From an uncultured Gemmatimonadales bacterium (GTDB taxonomy: Bacteria; Gemmatimonadota; Gemmatimonadetes; Gemmatimonadales; GWC2-71-9), in contig CAVWRM010000001.1 of assembly GCA_963757525.1 (NCBI GenBank), forward strand, positions 1,463,125-1,527,124: a DNA stretch of 64,000 bases, in the 5' to 3' direction. Under the pieces are notes generated by a model that was not told the origin of the DNA, did no database searches, and saw nothing but the letters and a program-made list of their open reading frames with translations. Every line of letters starts with the position of its first letter. The first letter of the stretch is position 1. The position numbers were made by a program, and so were the translations under genes. Positions 8,473-18,320 of the stretch are shown here, in pieces.

Positions 8473-11319
8473 ATGACGGAACCCGACAGCACCCGGTCCG
8501 ACCGGTGGGATCGGATCAAGACCATTGTCGGGCGCGCCTTGGAGCGAGGGCCCGACGAGCGGACCGCCTTCGTCGCCGCGGCCTGTGGCGACGACGTCGA
8601 GCTCAACCGCGAGGTTGAGTCACTGCTCGAGGCGCACAGCGCGTCGATTTCGTTCTTTCAGACGCCCCCGGCCGATCCCTCGAGCCCGAAGGCTTCCCAG
8701 GAGTTGGCCGAAGGCCAGACCTTGGGGTGCTATCGGGTGCTCCGCGCGTTGGGGCGCGGGGGTATGGCTACGGTGTACCTCGCGCACGATCTGCGGCATC
8801 GTCGCTCGGTGGCCCTCAAGGTCCTTCACCCCCATCTCGCGCTCGCGCTCGGTCCCGGCCGATTTCAGCGCGAGATCGAGCTGGCTGCCAATCTCAGCCA
8901 CCCGCACATCCTGCCGCTTCATGACTCCGGCGAGGAAGCCGGCCTCCTTTACTACGTCATGCCGTACGTCGAGGGCGAGACGCTCCGGGACCGGCTCCGC
9001 CGCGAGACTCGGCTCGCCGTCCCCGACGCGGTTCAGATCACCCTCGAGGTCGCCGACGCGCTGGCTCATGCCCACGCCCACGGCGTGATTCACCGCGACA
9101 TCAAGCCGGCGAACATCCTGCTCAATGGGGGCCACGCCGTGGTCGCCGATTTCGGGATCGCTCGATTGGTCGAGCCGGGCGGCGCCGAGCGTGTCACCGA
9201 GACTGGCATGATCGTCGGCACCGTGGGCTACATGTCGCCCGAGCAGGCGAGCGGCGACCGGCAGCTCGACGGCCGGAGCGACGTGTATAGCCTGGGCTGC
9301 GTCCTCTTCGAGATACTTGCGGGCGAGCCCCCATTCGACGGGCCGACAGTTCGGTCCATCCTCATCAGGCAGCTGCGCGACCCGCCGCCGAGAGTTCGCG
9401 GGCTCCGGCCGGAGCTGCCGGATCATCTCGACGAGGTGCTGGCGCGGGCGCTGGCGCCCGCTCCCGACGACCGATTCGGAACGGCTGCTGAATTCACGCA
9501 GGCGCTGCGGCAGTCCGGTGTGGCAGGGACAAGTCTCTGGCGACGGGCCGTCTCCCGCGCCCGGCGGAGCCGCGGAATGGCAGCGACGGCGATAGTCGCC
9601 GCCGGCGTCGCGCTCGTCGTGGCGGGAGCGTGGGTGACTGTCTCGCGTAGAGAGCGGAGCCTGCCGGAGCGTCCCGCCGGCAGAATCCTCGCGGTCCTCC
9701 CGTTCGAGAACCTGGGCGACTCGGCCGACGCCTACTTCGCCGCCGGCGTTAGCGATGAGATACGTAGCCGGTTGTCGTCGATCCCCGGGATTCAGGTCAT
9801 TGGTCGCGGCAGCTCCAACGAATACCGGCATTCGGACAAGACCGCCCAACAGATCGCCCGGGAGCTCGGCGTCAATTATCTCGTGACCGCCACCGTCCGC
9901 CCGGCTGATAGCGGCGCATCGCGGACGGTCCACCTCAATCCCGAATTGCTCGAGGTTGCTGGAAGCGGAGGGCCTCGGGCGATCTGGCAGGGTCCCTTCG
10001 CTGAGCCGGTCACGAACGTGTTCCGGGCCTACGACAGCATTGTCATGGGTGTGGCAAAGGCGATGGATCTTCCGGTCAGCGACAGCACCCGGACGGGGCT
10101 GGCGCGGCGGCCGACCAGGAACAGCGAGGCGTATGAGGCGTATCTCCAGGGCGAGGCCGACGGCCTCGGCAGAGGGGACCCGGGTACCTTGAGAGACGCC
10201 CTGCCGCATTACGCACGAGCGGTCGGTCTCGACTCCACCTTCGCCGAGGCCTGGGCCAGGCTCTCGACCGTGTACTCGCAACTCTACTTCAATGGGTCTC
10301 CATCGCCGGAATACGCCCGGCTCGCGGGTCTCGGGGCGGAGCGGGCGGTGGCTATCGCTCCCGATGAGTCGGCCAGCCACCTCGCTATGGGTTACTACCG
10401 CCAGTTCGTCACGCGTGACGTGGCGGGTGCGGCCGCGGAGTATAGCGCGGCACTGCGATCGAGCCCCGACAACCCCGAGCCGCTGGCGGCCATTGCGCAG
10501 ATCGAGCAGATCGCAGGCCTGTGGGACCAGGCCATCGCCCATTTTCAACGAGCGCAGCAGGTCGAGCCTCGAGCCGCCGGCGTCGCGTTGAACGTCGCGA
10601 TGTCGATGCTCTGGACTCGGCGGTATCCCGAGGCGGAGCGCGCCATCCAGCGCACGCTGGCCCTCGACCCTCACCATATCCCGGCTATTGAGATGGCCGC
10701 TATGATCGACGCGGCACGAGGCGATCTGGCCGCGGCCCGGGCGAGGATCGCGGGGGCCCCGCCGTCGGTGGCCCGGGACGCTCTCGCGGCTGAGTTTGCG
10801 ATGGTGTGGGATCTTGTCTGGATGCTGGACGAGTCGCAGCAGCAGGCCATCCTGCGCACGACCCCCAAAGCGTTCTTCGACGACCGGGGCATCTGGGGCG
10901 TGGTGCTGGCGCAGACGCTCTGGCTGCATGGCCAACGGGCGCTGGCGGCGAGCTACGCCGATTCCGCCCGCGTGACGCTGTCCGATCGCGTGCGGGAAAA
11001 CCCGAAGGACGACCAGCAGCACCTCCTTCTCGGATTGAGCCTGGCGTATCTCGGGCGGAAGGACGAGGCGATCCGGGAGGGACTGCGCGGGCTGGCCCTG
11101 GGCCCGATGTCGAGCGACGCGCTGTACGGGCCCTACAACCAGCACTTGCTGATCCGGATCTATCTCCTGACCGGAGAGCGGGACAAGGCGATCGAGGGCC
11201 TCGAGCGTCTGTTGAAGGTGCCGTACTTCCTTTCGCCCGGCTGGCTCAGGATCGACCCCACATTCCAGCCGCTCCGGGGCCATCCGCGATTCGAGCGTCT
11301 GCTCTCGGGAGCCCAGTAG
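8473..11319 (+). CDS. Ser/Thr protein kinase with an N-terminal extension, a TM segment, a periplasmic module and a TPR-like C-terminus
   Basis: 948-aa track ORF with Hanks motifs GRGGMATVYLAHDL, HRDIKPANIL, DFG and GTVGYMSPEQ. TM helix AIVAAGVALVVAGAWV. The C-terminal ~540 aa are homologous to 2861..4558. Confidence 0.9.
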   Translation: MTEPDSTRSDRWDRIKTIVGRALERGPDERTAFVAAACGDDVELNREVESLLEAHSASISFFQTPPADPSSPKASQELAEGQTLGCYRVLRALGRGGMATVYLAHDLRHRRSVALKVLHPHLALALGPGRFQREIELAANLSHPHILPLHDSGEEAGLLYYVMPYVEGETLRDRLRRETRLAVPDAVQITLEVADALAHAHAHGVIHRDIKPANILLNGGHAVVADFGIARLVEPGGAERVTETGMIVGTVGYMSPEQASGDRQLDGRSDVYSLGCVLFEILAGEPPFDGPTVRSILIRQLRDPPPRVRGLRPELPDHLDEVLARALAPAPDDRFGTAAEFTQALRQSGVAGTSLWRRAVSRARRSRGMAATAIVAAGVALVVAGAWVTVSRRERSLPERPAGRILAVLPFENLGDSADAYFAAGVSDEIRSRLSSIPGIQVIGRGSSNEYRHSDKTAQQIARELGVNYLVTATVRPADSGASRTVHLNPELLEVAGSGGPRAIWQGPFAEPVTNVFRAYDSIVMGVAKAMDLPVSDSTRTGLARRPTRNSEAYEAYLQGEADGLGRGDPGTLRDALPHYARAVGLDSTFAEAWARLSTVYSQLYFNGSPSPEYARLAGLGAERAVAIAPDESASHLAMGYYRQFVTRDVAGAAAEYSAALRSSPDNPEPLAAIAQIEQIAGLWDQAIAHFQRAQQVEPRAAGVALNVAMSMLWTRRYPEAERAIQRTLALDPHHIPAIEMAAMIDAARGDLAAARARIAGAPPSVARDALAAEFAMVWDLVWMLDESQQQAILRTTPKAFFDDRGIWGVVLAQTLWLHGQRALAASYADSARVTLSDRVRENPKDDQQHLLLGLSLAYLGRKDEAIREGLRGLALGPMSSDALYGPYNQHLLIRIYLLTGERDKAIEGLERLLKVPYFLSPGWLRIDPTFQPLRGHPRFERLLSGAQ

Positions 11320-11460
11320 CGCCAGCCCATGGCGGAGCCAAGAAGGGCTGCTCGAGCCGCGGTGGCCACCGGCGCATCGCAATCACGGAGAATTCACGCT
11401 GACGCCCTAGCGTCGTGTCGCCGGCCGTTTTCACTACTCACTCGACATCGGGAGGTCGCC

Positions 11461-11634
11461 ATGTCACACGAGAAAGGCCCGTTTATGCTGAAGCTGACGG
11501 CGGAGCAACAGGAGCTGGTACGGCGGGCGACGGGCAAGGTGGGGGATACGCTGGAGCTCAGCATCGAGGAGCTGGAGGAGCGGATCGCGCCTTCGCTGCC
11601 TCGGCCGCATACGTTCGGGTACCGTACCCCATAG
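11461..11634 (+). CDS. Small protein (57 aa), conserved N-terminal region ending EELEERIAP plus a short variable tail; function unknown
   Basis: ATG preceded by GGGAGG with a 5-nt spacer. Third-codon positions are almost all G/C, as in real genes here. A second tandem copy sits 266 bp downstream. Sequence: MSHEKGPFMLKLTAEQQELVRRATGKVGDTLELSIEELEERIAPSLPRPHTFGYRTP. Confidence 0.6.
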   Translation: MSHEKGPFMLKLTAEQQELVRRATGKVGDTLELSIEELEERIAPSLPRPHTFGYRTP

Positions 11635-11726
11635 TGCCGTGAGGGGCAAGAAGGCGAATTCAAGGTGGCGTACTAGCGTCTTCGCGCCAGCCGTTTGAGG
11701 CGCACACTCGACATCGGGAGGTCGCC

Positions 11727-11901
11727 ATGTCACACGAGAAAGGCCCGTTCATCCTGAAGCTGACCCCGGACCAGCAGGAGCAGGTGCATCAGGTGACGGG
11801 CAAGATGGGAGATACGCTTGGAGTTCAGCATCGAAGAACTTGAGGAGCGGATCGCGCCTTCGCTGGCTCGGCCGCATATCTCCGGGTATCACCTTCCGTA
11901 G
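11727..11901 (+). pseudogene. Second tandem copy of the small ORF, interrupted by a 1-nt insertion
   Basis: It has the same 5' leader, the same RBS and the same MSHEKGPF start. One extra T (CTTGGAG vs CTGGAG in copy 1, about 11818) gives a stop at 11841-11843. With the T removed it reads ..DTLEFSIEELEERIAPSLARPHISGYHLP, with a stop at 11899-11901. Confidence 0.5.
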
Positions 11902-11983
11902 TGCACCTGCTTGGGTCCCATCTCGAACCGCGCGAGTGGCGTCGGAGGCTGCTGCCCGCGCCGGTTTCCCGCCGCGTTTGGGA

Positions 11984-12547
11984 TTACTGGTCGGCGCCCA
12001 GCACCTCGGTGAAGTACCCGGGGAGATCGAGGACGAGCGGAGGTGCTGCCAGATCCGGCTGCCAGACGAGGCTTTCGGCCAGCAGCTCGGGACGTTCGTC
12101 GGCCGGGCGCCAGCGCTCGATCATTCTGGAGTCGAGGTCTACGATCCAGTACTCGGGCACGTTCTGCGCCTGGTAGAGCCGGCGCTTGGTGAACCGGTCG
12201 TGGCGAGCTGTACTTGGCGACAGCACTTCCACCGCGAGGAGCAGCCGGCGGACCTCTTCCCAGGTGAGCGGCTTGGCGCCATTCACCAGCGGCACGACGA
12301 ACAGGTCCGGCTCGACCATGTTCCGCTCGTCGAACTCGACGTCCTGGGGGGCGATCTTGGCGTGGCCGACGCGGTGCTCGCGGCAGTAGCCGCGGAGGAC
12401 GGCGAACAGCTCTTCCACGGCCTCGCCGTGGTGCCATGAAGGTGCCGGCGTCACCAGGAGAGTCCCGCCGACCACCTCGTAGCGGTTGCCGTCGTCGGGC
12501 AAGGTGCGGACCATATCCGCCGTCCATTCCTGCATCGAGTGACCCAT
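11984..12547 (-). CDS. Uma2-family (DUF820) restriction-endonuclease-fold protein
   Basis: Track ORF 11984..12610 trimmed to ATG 12547 (GAGGAGG upstream). Family pattern present: YEVVGGTLLVTPAP, EPDLFVV, LAVEVLSPST..D...K..LY, VPEYWIVD. Confidence 0.8.
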   Translation of the reverse strand: MGHSMQEWTADMVRTLPDDGNRYEVVGGTLLVTPAPSWHHGEAVEELFAVLRGYCREHRVGHAKIAPQDVEFDERNMVEPDLFVVPLVNGAKPLTWEEVRRLLLAVEVLSPSTARHDRFTKRRLYQAQNVPEYWIVDLDSRMIERWRPADERPELLAESLVWQPDLAAPPLVLDLPGYFTEVLGADQ

Positions 12548-12588
12548 ACCAATAACTTGGCCTCCTCGGCACACCCGGAACAAGATGC

Positions 12589-13229
12589 CTAACGGGTCCG
12601 CTCGAGCCACTCCCGCAGCTCGGCCAGCCCATGCACCCGCTCGTACCCGTCGGCCGGCCTCACGCCCGGCCGCACGATCTGCGCGGCCCGTAGTCCCAGC
12701 CGCCGTGCCGCCGCCAGCTCCGAGTCAGGGTTGTCGCCCACCACCACCACGCCGCGCCGGTCGAGCCCTCGCTCGGCGATGAGGTCCGCGAAGACCCGCT
12801 CCTTGCCGCGATGATCCGGCTCGTCCACCGCGTCGATGACCACTGCCTCGAAGAGTGGGGCGATGCCGAGTGCGCGCACTTTGCTCTCCTGCTGGCGGCG
12901 GAAGCCGGAGGTCACGAGGAAGCGGCGGTCGCCGAGGCGGGGAAGCTCGTCGAGGTCCCCGTATCCATGCATGGGCGTCCGGACCTCGAGGTCGAGGAAC
13001 GCGCGCCGCCCCGCTTCGATCATGGCATCGGTAAATCCGTACCGCTCGGCGAGTTCGTCGAAGGCGACGAACCAGAAGTCCCCGAAGGCCGCCTGGAGTT
13101 GGTCCCCCGAAACGGAGCCGTCGTTGGCTTTGCGTATCGCGTCGAAGAGCGGGTCGAAGAAGTCGTTCCCCGGCTCCCTGGAGGAGGCGAGGCAGTTGTC
13201 GAGATCGAAGATGAGCGCGCATCAATCAT
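12589..13229 (-). CDS. HAD-family hydrolase with its frame disrupted five codons after the start
   Basis: Track ORF 12589..13023 is the C-terminal part (VVVVGDNPDSELAAA). The same frame continues upstream through LIFDLDNCL (HAD motif I) to a TGA at 13222-13224 with no start codon. ATG 13229 (MIDAR) is in a different frame. Restoring one base in the GCGCGC run (13215-13220) gives MIDARLIFDLDNCL. Confidence 0.65.
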
Positions 13230-13353
13230 GGCCCCGAAACTCGGGCCACCGAGGCGGTGGAGCGGTGACCGCAGTCACCCGGCGCCGGTGGCAGTAACCC
13301 CACTGGCGGAATAGATTTAGCGCTTGTCCCCTCTTTCAGACCAAGGCAGTGTG

Positions 13354-15888
13354 ATGGCGAAGACCGACGCAAAGACGACCGAACCAGCGACCGACCAGCC
13401 CGCTCCCGCGCCGGCCGGCGCCGAGGCGTACGACCCCCAGGCCGTCGAGGCCAGGTGGCAGGCGCGCTGGGCCGAGCGGGGGACCAACGAGCCGGATATG
13501 GACGGGGCGGAGCGCCCGTTCTTCAACCTCATGATGTTCCCCTACCCGTCGGCCGAAGGCCTGCACGTGGGGAACATGTTCGCATTCACGGGCAGCGACA
13601 CCTACGGCCGGTTCAAGCGGCTCCAGGGCTATGACGTCTTCGAGCCCATCGGGTACGACGCGTTCGGCATCCATAGTGAGAACTACGCCATCAAGCTGGG
13701 TATCAACCCGGCGGTCCTGATCCCCAAGAACATCGAGAACTTCCACCGCCAGCTCGCCAGGATCGGCGGCATGTTCGACTGGCGCCACGAGCTGAGCACC
13801 ACGGACCCGCGGTACTACAAGTGGACCCAGTGGATCTTCACCCAGCTCTTCAAGGCGGGGAAGGCGTACAAGAAGGCGGCGGCGGTCAACTGGTGTCCCC
13901 GGGACAAGACCGTCCTGGCCAACGAGCAGGTCATCGATGGGCGGTGCGAGCGCTGCGGGGCGACGGTGGAGCAGCGCACGCTGGAGCAGTGGTTCTTCCG
14001 GATCACCGAGTACTGCGACCGGCTGCTGGCCAACCTGGACGACAAGTCGAAGATGGACTGGTCGGACAGCACGACGACGGCGCAGCGGAACTGGCTGGGG
14101 CGGAGCGAGGGCGCGGAGATCGTCTTTCCGGTGTCGGGACCGGCGGACCGGCGGATCGACGGGCCGACCGATGAATGGGCGGCGATCCGGGTCTACACCA
14201 CGCGTCCCGACACGGTCTACGGCGCCACCTTCATGGTGCTGGCCCCGGAGCACCCGCTGGTGGATGCGCTTACCATGCCGGAGCAGCGCGCCGAGGTGGA
14301 CGCGTACCGCCGCTCGGCGGCGAAGAAGGACCTGGTCTCCCGCAAGGTGGGCGACAAGGAGAAGAGCGGCGTCTTCACCGGCGGTCACGCAATGAACCCG
14401 GCGATGGGCACGATGATCCCGGTCTGGATCGCGGACTACGTGTTGATGGAGTACGGCACCGGGGCGATCATGGCGGTGCCGGGGCATGACGACCGCGACT
14501 TCGACTTCGCGAAGAAGTACGACCTGCCGATCGTGCGGGTGGTGGCGGAACCGGGCGGGCCGGCCGGCGCGCCGCTCGACGCGGCATACACCGACAACGA
14601 GCAGGGGCGTCTGGTCAATTCCGGCCCGCTCGACGGTCTCACCGTGCCCGAGGCCAGGAAGGCGATCACCAAGCAGCTCGAGCAACAGAAGACGGGGAAG
14701 GGCGTCGTTCAGTATCGTCTGCACGACTGGTGCATCTCGCGCCAGCGGTACTGGGGACCGCCGATTCCCATCATCTATTGCGACGAGCACGGCGCGGTGC
14801 CGGTGCCGGAGAAGGATCTCCCGGTGCTCTTGCCGGAGCTGGAGAACTTCCAGCCCGACGACAGCGGCGTCTCGCCCCTGGCGCGCTCCAAGGAGTGGTA
14901 TCACGCGCCGTGTCCCACCTGTGGCAAGCAAGGGCACCGCGAGACCGACGTCAGCGACACCTTCCTCGATTCGGCGTGGTATCACCTGCGCTATCCCAGC
15001 ACCGAGTTCGACGATCGGCCGTTCGACCGGAAGCGGACGGAGAAGTGGCTGCCGGTGCACACCTACATCGGCGGCAACGAGCACGCCGTCTTGCACCTGC
15101 TCTACGCCCGGTTCATCAGCATGGTCCTGCATGACTTGGGGCACCTCGACTTCGAGGAGCCGTACCGGCGGTTCCGCGCGCACGGGCTCATCATCAAGGA
15201 CGGCGCGAAGATGTCGAAGACCAAAGGCAACGTGATCGTTCCCGACAAGTACATCGAGCGCTGGGGCGCCGATACCTTCCGGCTGTACCTCATGTTCCTG
15301 GGCCCGTTCCAGGAAGGGGGCGACTTCCGAGACGAGGGCATCAGCGGGCCGAGGCGGTTTCTGGACAAGGTGTGGACCCTGGTGGGCGAGGCCTGCGACA
15401 CGCACGCGGACGACGAGGTCCGGCACGAGGTGCTGGTCAAGTACCACCAGACGGTCAAGCGGGTGACCGCGGGGATGGAGGAGCTGCACTACAACACCAG
15501 CATCGCGGCGCTGATGGAGCTCGTGAATGCGTTCCGGGCCGACAACTGCACCCATCGGCTGCTGGTGGAGGGCCTCATCATCATGCTGGCCCCCTTCGCG
15601 CCCCACTTCGCCGAGGAGAGCTGGGAGCGGCTGGGGCACTCGACGTCAGTCTTCGACGCATGCTGGCCCGAGTGGAACGAGCGGCTGACGGTGGAGGACG
15701 AGGTGGAGGTGGTGGTGCAAATCAGCGGAAAGACGCGGTCGAAGGTTTCGGTTCCCAGAGACTCGGGTCAGGATCAGGTCGTGGCGGCGGCGCAGAAGGA
15801 TGCGGCGGTGAGGCGGTTTGTGGAGGGGAAGGAAGTGCGGAAGGTGGTGTATGTGAAGAACCGGTTGCTGAACTTGGTGCTGGGGTAG
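13354..15888 (+). CDS. leuS: Leucine--tRNA ligase
   Basis: Class I aaRS signatures: PYPSAEGLHVGN (HIGH-type) and KMSKTKGN (KMSKS). It has the LeuS length and the CP1 editing region. Start trimmed to ATG 13354. Confidence 0.97.
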   Translation: MAKTDAKTTEPATDQPAPAPAGAEAYDPQAVEARWQARWAERGTNEPDMDGAERPFFNLMMFPYPSAEGLHVGNMFAFTGSDTYGRFKRLQGYDVFEPIGYDAFGIHSENYAIKLGINPAVLIPKNIENFHRQLARIGGMFDWRHELSTTDPRYYKWTQWIFTQLFKAGKAYKKAAAVNWCPRDKTVLANEQVIDGRCERCGATVEQRTLEQWFFRITEYCDRLLANLDDKSKMDWSDSTTTAQRNWLGRSEGAEIVFPVSGPADRRIDGPTDEWAAIRVYTTRPDTVYGATFMVLAPEHPLVDALTMPEQRAEVDAYRRSAAKKDLVSRKVGDKEKSGVFTGGHAMNPAMGTMIPVWIADYVLMEYGTGAIMAVPGHDDRDFDFAKKYDLPIVRVVAEPGGPAGAPLDAAYTDNEQGRLVNSGPLDGLTVPEARKAITKQLEQQKTGKGVVQYRLHDWCISRQRYWGPPIPIIYCDEHGAVPVPEKDLPVLLPELENFQPDDSGVSPLARSKEWYHAPCPTCGKQGHRETDVSDTFLDSAWYHLRYPSTEFDDRPFDRKRTEKWLPVHTYIGGNEHAVLHLLYARFISMVLHDLGHLDFEEPYRRFRAHGLIIKDGAKMSKTKGNVIVPDKYIERWGADTFRLYLMFLGPFQEGGDFRDEGISGPRRFLDKVWTLVGEACDTHADDEVRHEVLVKYHQTVKRVTAGMEELHYNTSIAALMELVNAFRADNCTHRLLVEGLIIMLAPFAPHFAEESWERLGHSTSVFDACWPEWNERLTVEDEVEVVVQISGKTRSKVSVPRDSGQDQVVAAAQKDAAVRRFVEGKEVRKVVYVKNRLLNLVLG

Positions 15889-15999
15889 CCATATGCGCCC
15901 CCAAGTGTCATGGCGCATCCCTCCGCTATTACTGATATTCGCACCGGCACATGCAATCGTTCCTACACTGGACCATAGAAGAGGATATCGAAAGATCAG

Positions 16000-16715
16000 T
16001 GAGGGGTAAGCTCCCCTATCCCACAGACAGTTAGGAGTGGACTTTCGGATGCCCAGATCACGAGGGGGCGGGCATGCGGAAGGGCAAGTTCTCTGGAGAA
16101 CGCGGCGATCAAAGACGTCCTCCACCGAAAGTCGTGACGCCGTCCGCGAAGCGGCAGGCGATCGCCCAGATGGTGAGCCAGCACCGGCTGTCGGTGGTGC
16201 AGGCCTGCCAGGTGGTGCGGTTGGCGCGGGCGGCCTGGTACCGGCCGCCGCGTCCCGACCTGGAGCGCGATGCTGAGGGGATCGAGGCGTTGAGCGCCGT
16301 GGTGGCCGAGAGCACCCGCTGGGGCTTCTGGAAGTGCTATGATCGCCTGCGGAACCTGGGCCGGTCGTGGAATCACAAGCGGGTGCACCGGGTCTACTGT
16401 GCCCTGCGACTGAATCGGGCTCGCCGAACCAAGCGGCGGGTGCCGCGGCGGCCGCGGGTCCCGCTCACCGCCCCGCCGACTCTCAACCGGACCTGGGCGC
16501 TCGACTTCATGCACGATGCCCTCTATGACGGGCGGGCCTTCCGCGTGCTCAATGTGCTGGATCAGGGGAACCGCGAGGCGCTGGCGATCGAAGCCGGCTT
16601 CTCGCTGCCGAGCCGTCGGGTGCTCGAGCTGCTGGAGGAACTGAGCGCGCTGCATGGCGCGCCGGAGAGTCTCCGGATGGATAGCGGCCCCAAGTTTCTC
16701 GCCACCGCCCTCGGG
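16000..16715 (+). mobile_element. Decayed IS3-family (IS407-like) element with an internally deleted orfA and a 3'-truncated orfB
   Basis: Track ORF 16074..16781 starts with an orfA-like MRKGKFS, which is fused to VVTPSAKRQA... The rest follows the IS3 orfB (rve) pattern: NHKRVHRVY, NRTWALDFMHD, FRVLNVLD, LAIE, RMDSGPKF. Homology stops after ..FLATAL. A remnant orfA C-terminus (LENAAIKDVLHRKS*) lies in the frame expected for -1 frameshifting. The left end is guessed at TGAGGGG (16000). Flanking DNA at 15900-16000 is visibly less GC-rich. Confidence 0.7.
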
Positions 16716-16723
16716 AGGCCGTC

Positions 16724-18244
16724 ATGGGTATTCCGACCAAGCTGCCGCACGTCCGTCGCCTCGCAGCATCGCTCGCGGTGACCGTGGCCGCCGCCGCCCG
16801 GGGAGCGGCCGCGCAGGACGCCGCCCAGGGCACCGCGGCTCAGTTCCAGGGCGTGGAGCGCTGGGACGGCGTGGCGACCCTCGATGTCTATATCAACCTG
16901 ATGGGGGGCTCCAGACACCGCTCGAAGACCGTGAAGTTCACGTTGGACAAGCATCGGGCGAGCGGGACCACCGAGACCTGGCTGGGCAAGGTCAAGGGCG
17001 GCACGAAGGACGAGGACAGCGCGGGCCCGTTCAGCGGCGACGTGGTCGGCGGACGCAACAGCGACGTGACCTTGACGCTCGACATGAACGGCGACGTCGC
17101 GCGGCTCGACGTGCACACGGACGCGAGCAAGCACAAGATGACGATGAAGGCCATGGGCGTGAAGCTGCAGTCCATGGACGTCGCGCAGCCGGCGCGCGAC
17201 ACCCGAACCGAGCTCCCCATCCCGGAGGACGCCGAAAACCTAGTCTTCGGGAGCGATGCCGAGAACGGAGGCGTTCGGGTGAAGAACGTGGTGACGCTCA
17301 CGCCGAACGAGATTCCGCTCAGGGCGGTCCTGACCGCCGGGTTCGCCGTCCGCGGTGCGACAGCGATGCTCGATGGATCCAGGTCCAAGGGCCGCATCCG
17401 GACCTTCAAGTGGACCTTGACACCGCAGGGTGCCTCCGGCGCAAGAGCCGCGACGTTCGAAACCCGGGAGCGCAAGGTGCAGCTCGTGCTGCTGGAGGAC
17501 GTGAAGGTGGACCTCGAGGTGAGCAACGGCCGGAAGCGATCCTCGACCTCGGACCTCGCGAAGGTGCGTCCCCGACAATGGGCCACGAAGTTCGTGCAGC
17601 GGCGCGATGACGGCGTGCTGGAAGGCGAGCAGCTGGTGTCGGAGGACGCGGTGCCGCTCGCGGTGAACCGGTTCGGGCAGGACGCCTGTGCCGTCGAAGG
17701 CCCGGGCTCCGGCCATGGGCTGCACACGACCAACCCGGTCACCTGGAAGAACGACCCAGACGCGGGCTATACGGTGCAGGCCGTCGACGATCCGGACCGC
17801 CCGTTCGACGGCTACTGGTACGTGAAGGAGCAGGCATTGATCGTTGAGCGCCGGGCGCTGTTCAACCCCGATCTCATGGCCGGCTCGCCGCTGTTCGCGA
17901 AGAATGCAGCCAAGGGCACGTCGGAGCCGTTCGGGCGCCTCGTCGCCTCGACCCGGGCGCACGAGTACAAGCACGGCGAGCTGATGCGCCTCGCGCTGGT
18001 CCGCGACGATCCGGCCAAGCGCATCGAGCGGCTGGTCGAGCCCGGGGAGGACGAGTTGGCCACGCGCGCCGATATGGAGATCCGCGAAACCGAGACGCGC
18101 CTTCAGGAGGGGGAATTCCACGAGCTGGAGGTCCGGGCTGCCATGCGGAAGCAGTTCTCAAAGGGCGGCACCGTGTGGGTCCGGGACGGACGCGGCGGAT
18201 TCGCGCCATGGGCCATCGCGTCGTTCGCGGACAAGGCGAAGTAG
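16724..18244 (+). CDS. Secreted hypothetical protein (506 aa) with a PKD-like middle segment
   Basis: Signal peptide (LAASLAVTVAAAARGAAAQ). PKD-like string RGATAMLDGSRSKGRIRTFKWTL. An HEYKH (HExxH-type) string lies at 17960-17974. No confident family assignment. Confidence 0.6.
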   Translation: MGIPTKLPHVRRLAASLAVTVAAAARGAAAQDAAQGTAAQFQGVERWDGVATLDVYINLMGGSRHRSKTVKFTLDKHRASGTTETWLGKVKGGTKDEDSAGPFSGDVVGGRNSDVTLTLDMNGDVARLDVHTDASKHKMTMKAMGVKLQSMDVAQPARDTRTELPIPEDAENLVFGSDAENGGVRVKNVVTLTPNEIPLRAVLTAGFAVRGATAMLDGSRSKGRIRTFKWTLTPQGASGARAATFETRERKVQLVLLEDVKVDLEVSNGRKRSSTSDLAKVRPRQWATKFVQRRDDGVLEGEQLVSEDAVPLAVNRFGQDACAVEGPGSGHGLHTTNPVTWKNDPDAGYTVQAVDDPDRPFDGYWYVKEQALIVERRALFNPDLMAGSPLFAKNAAKGTSEPFGRLVASTRAHEYKHGELMRLALVRDDPAKRIERLVEPGEDELATRADMEIRETETRLQEGEFHELEVRAAMRKQFSKGGTVWVRDGRGGFAPWAIASFADKAK

Positions 18245-18320
18245 GTGGCGAGCGCGATGCCCAGGAATTAACTGTCGCTAGCGCTCACCCCCCGCGCGGT
18301 TTTACTTATCCGCCACCCCC

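Noticed and set aside
17960-17974. HEYKH as a zinc-metalloprotease motif in the 506-aa secreted protein.
   Set aside because: HExxH occurs often by chance, and I could not recognise a third ligand or a Met-turn. It is kept only as a note under the IS-remnant finding.
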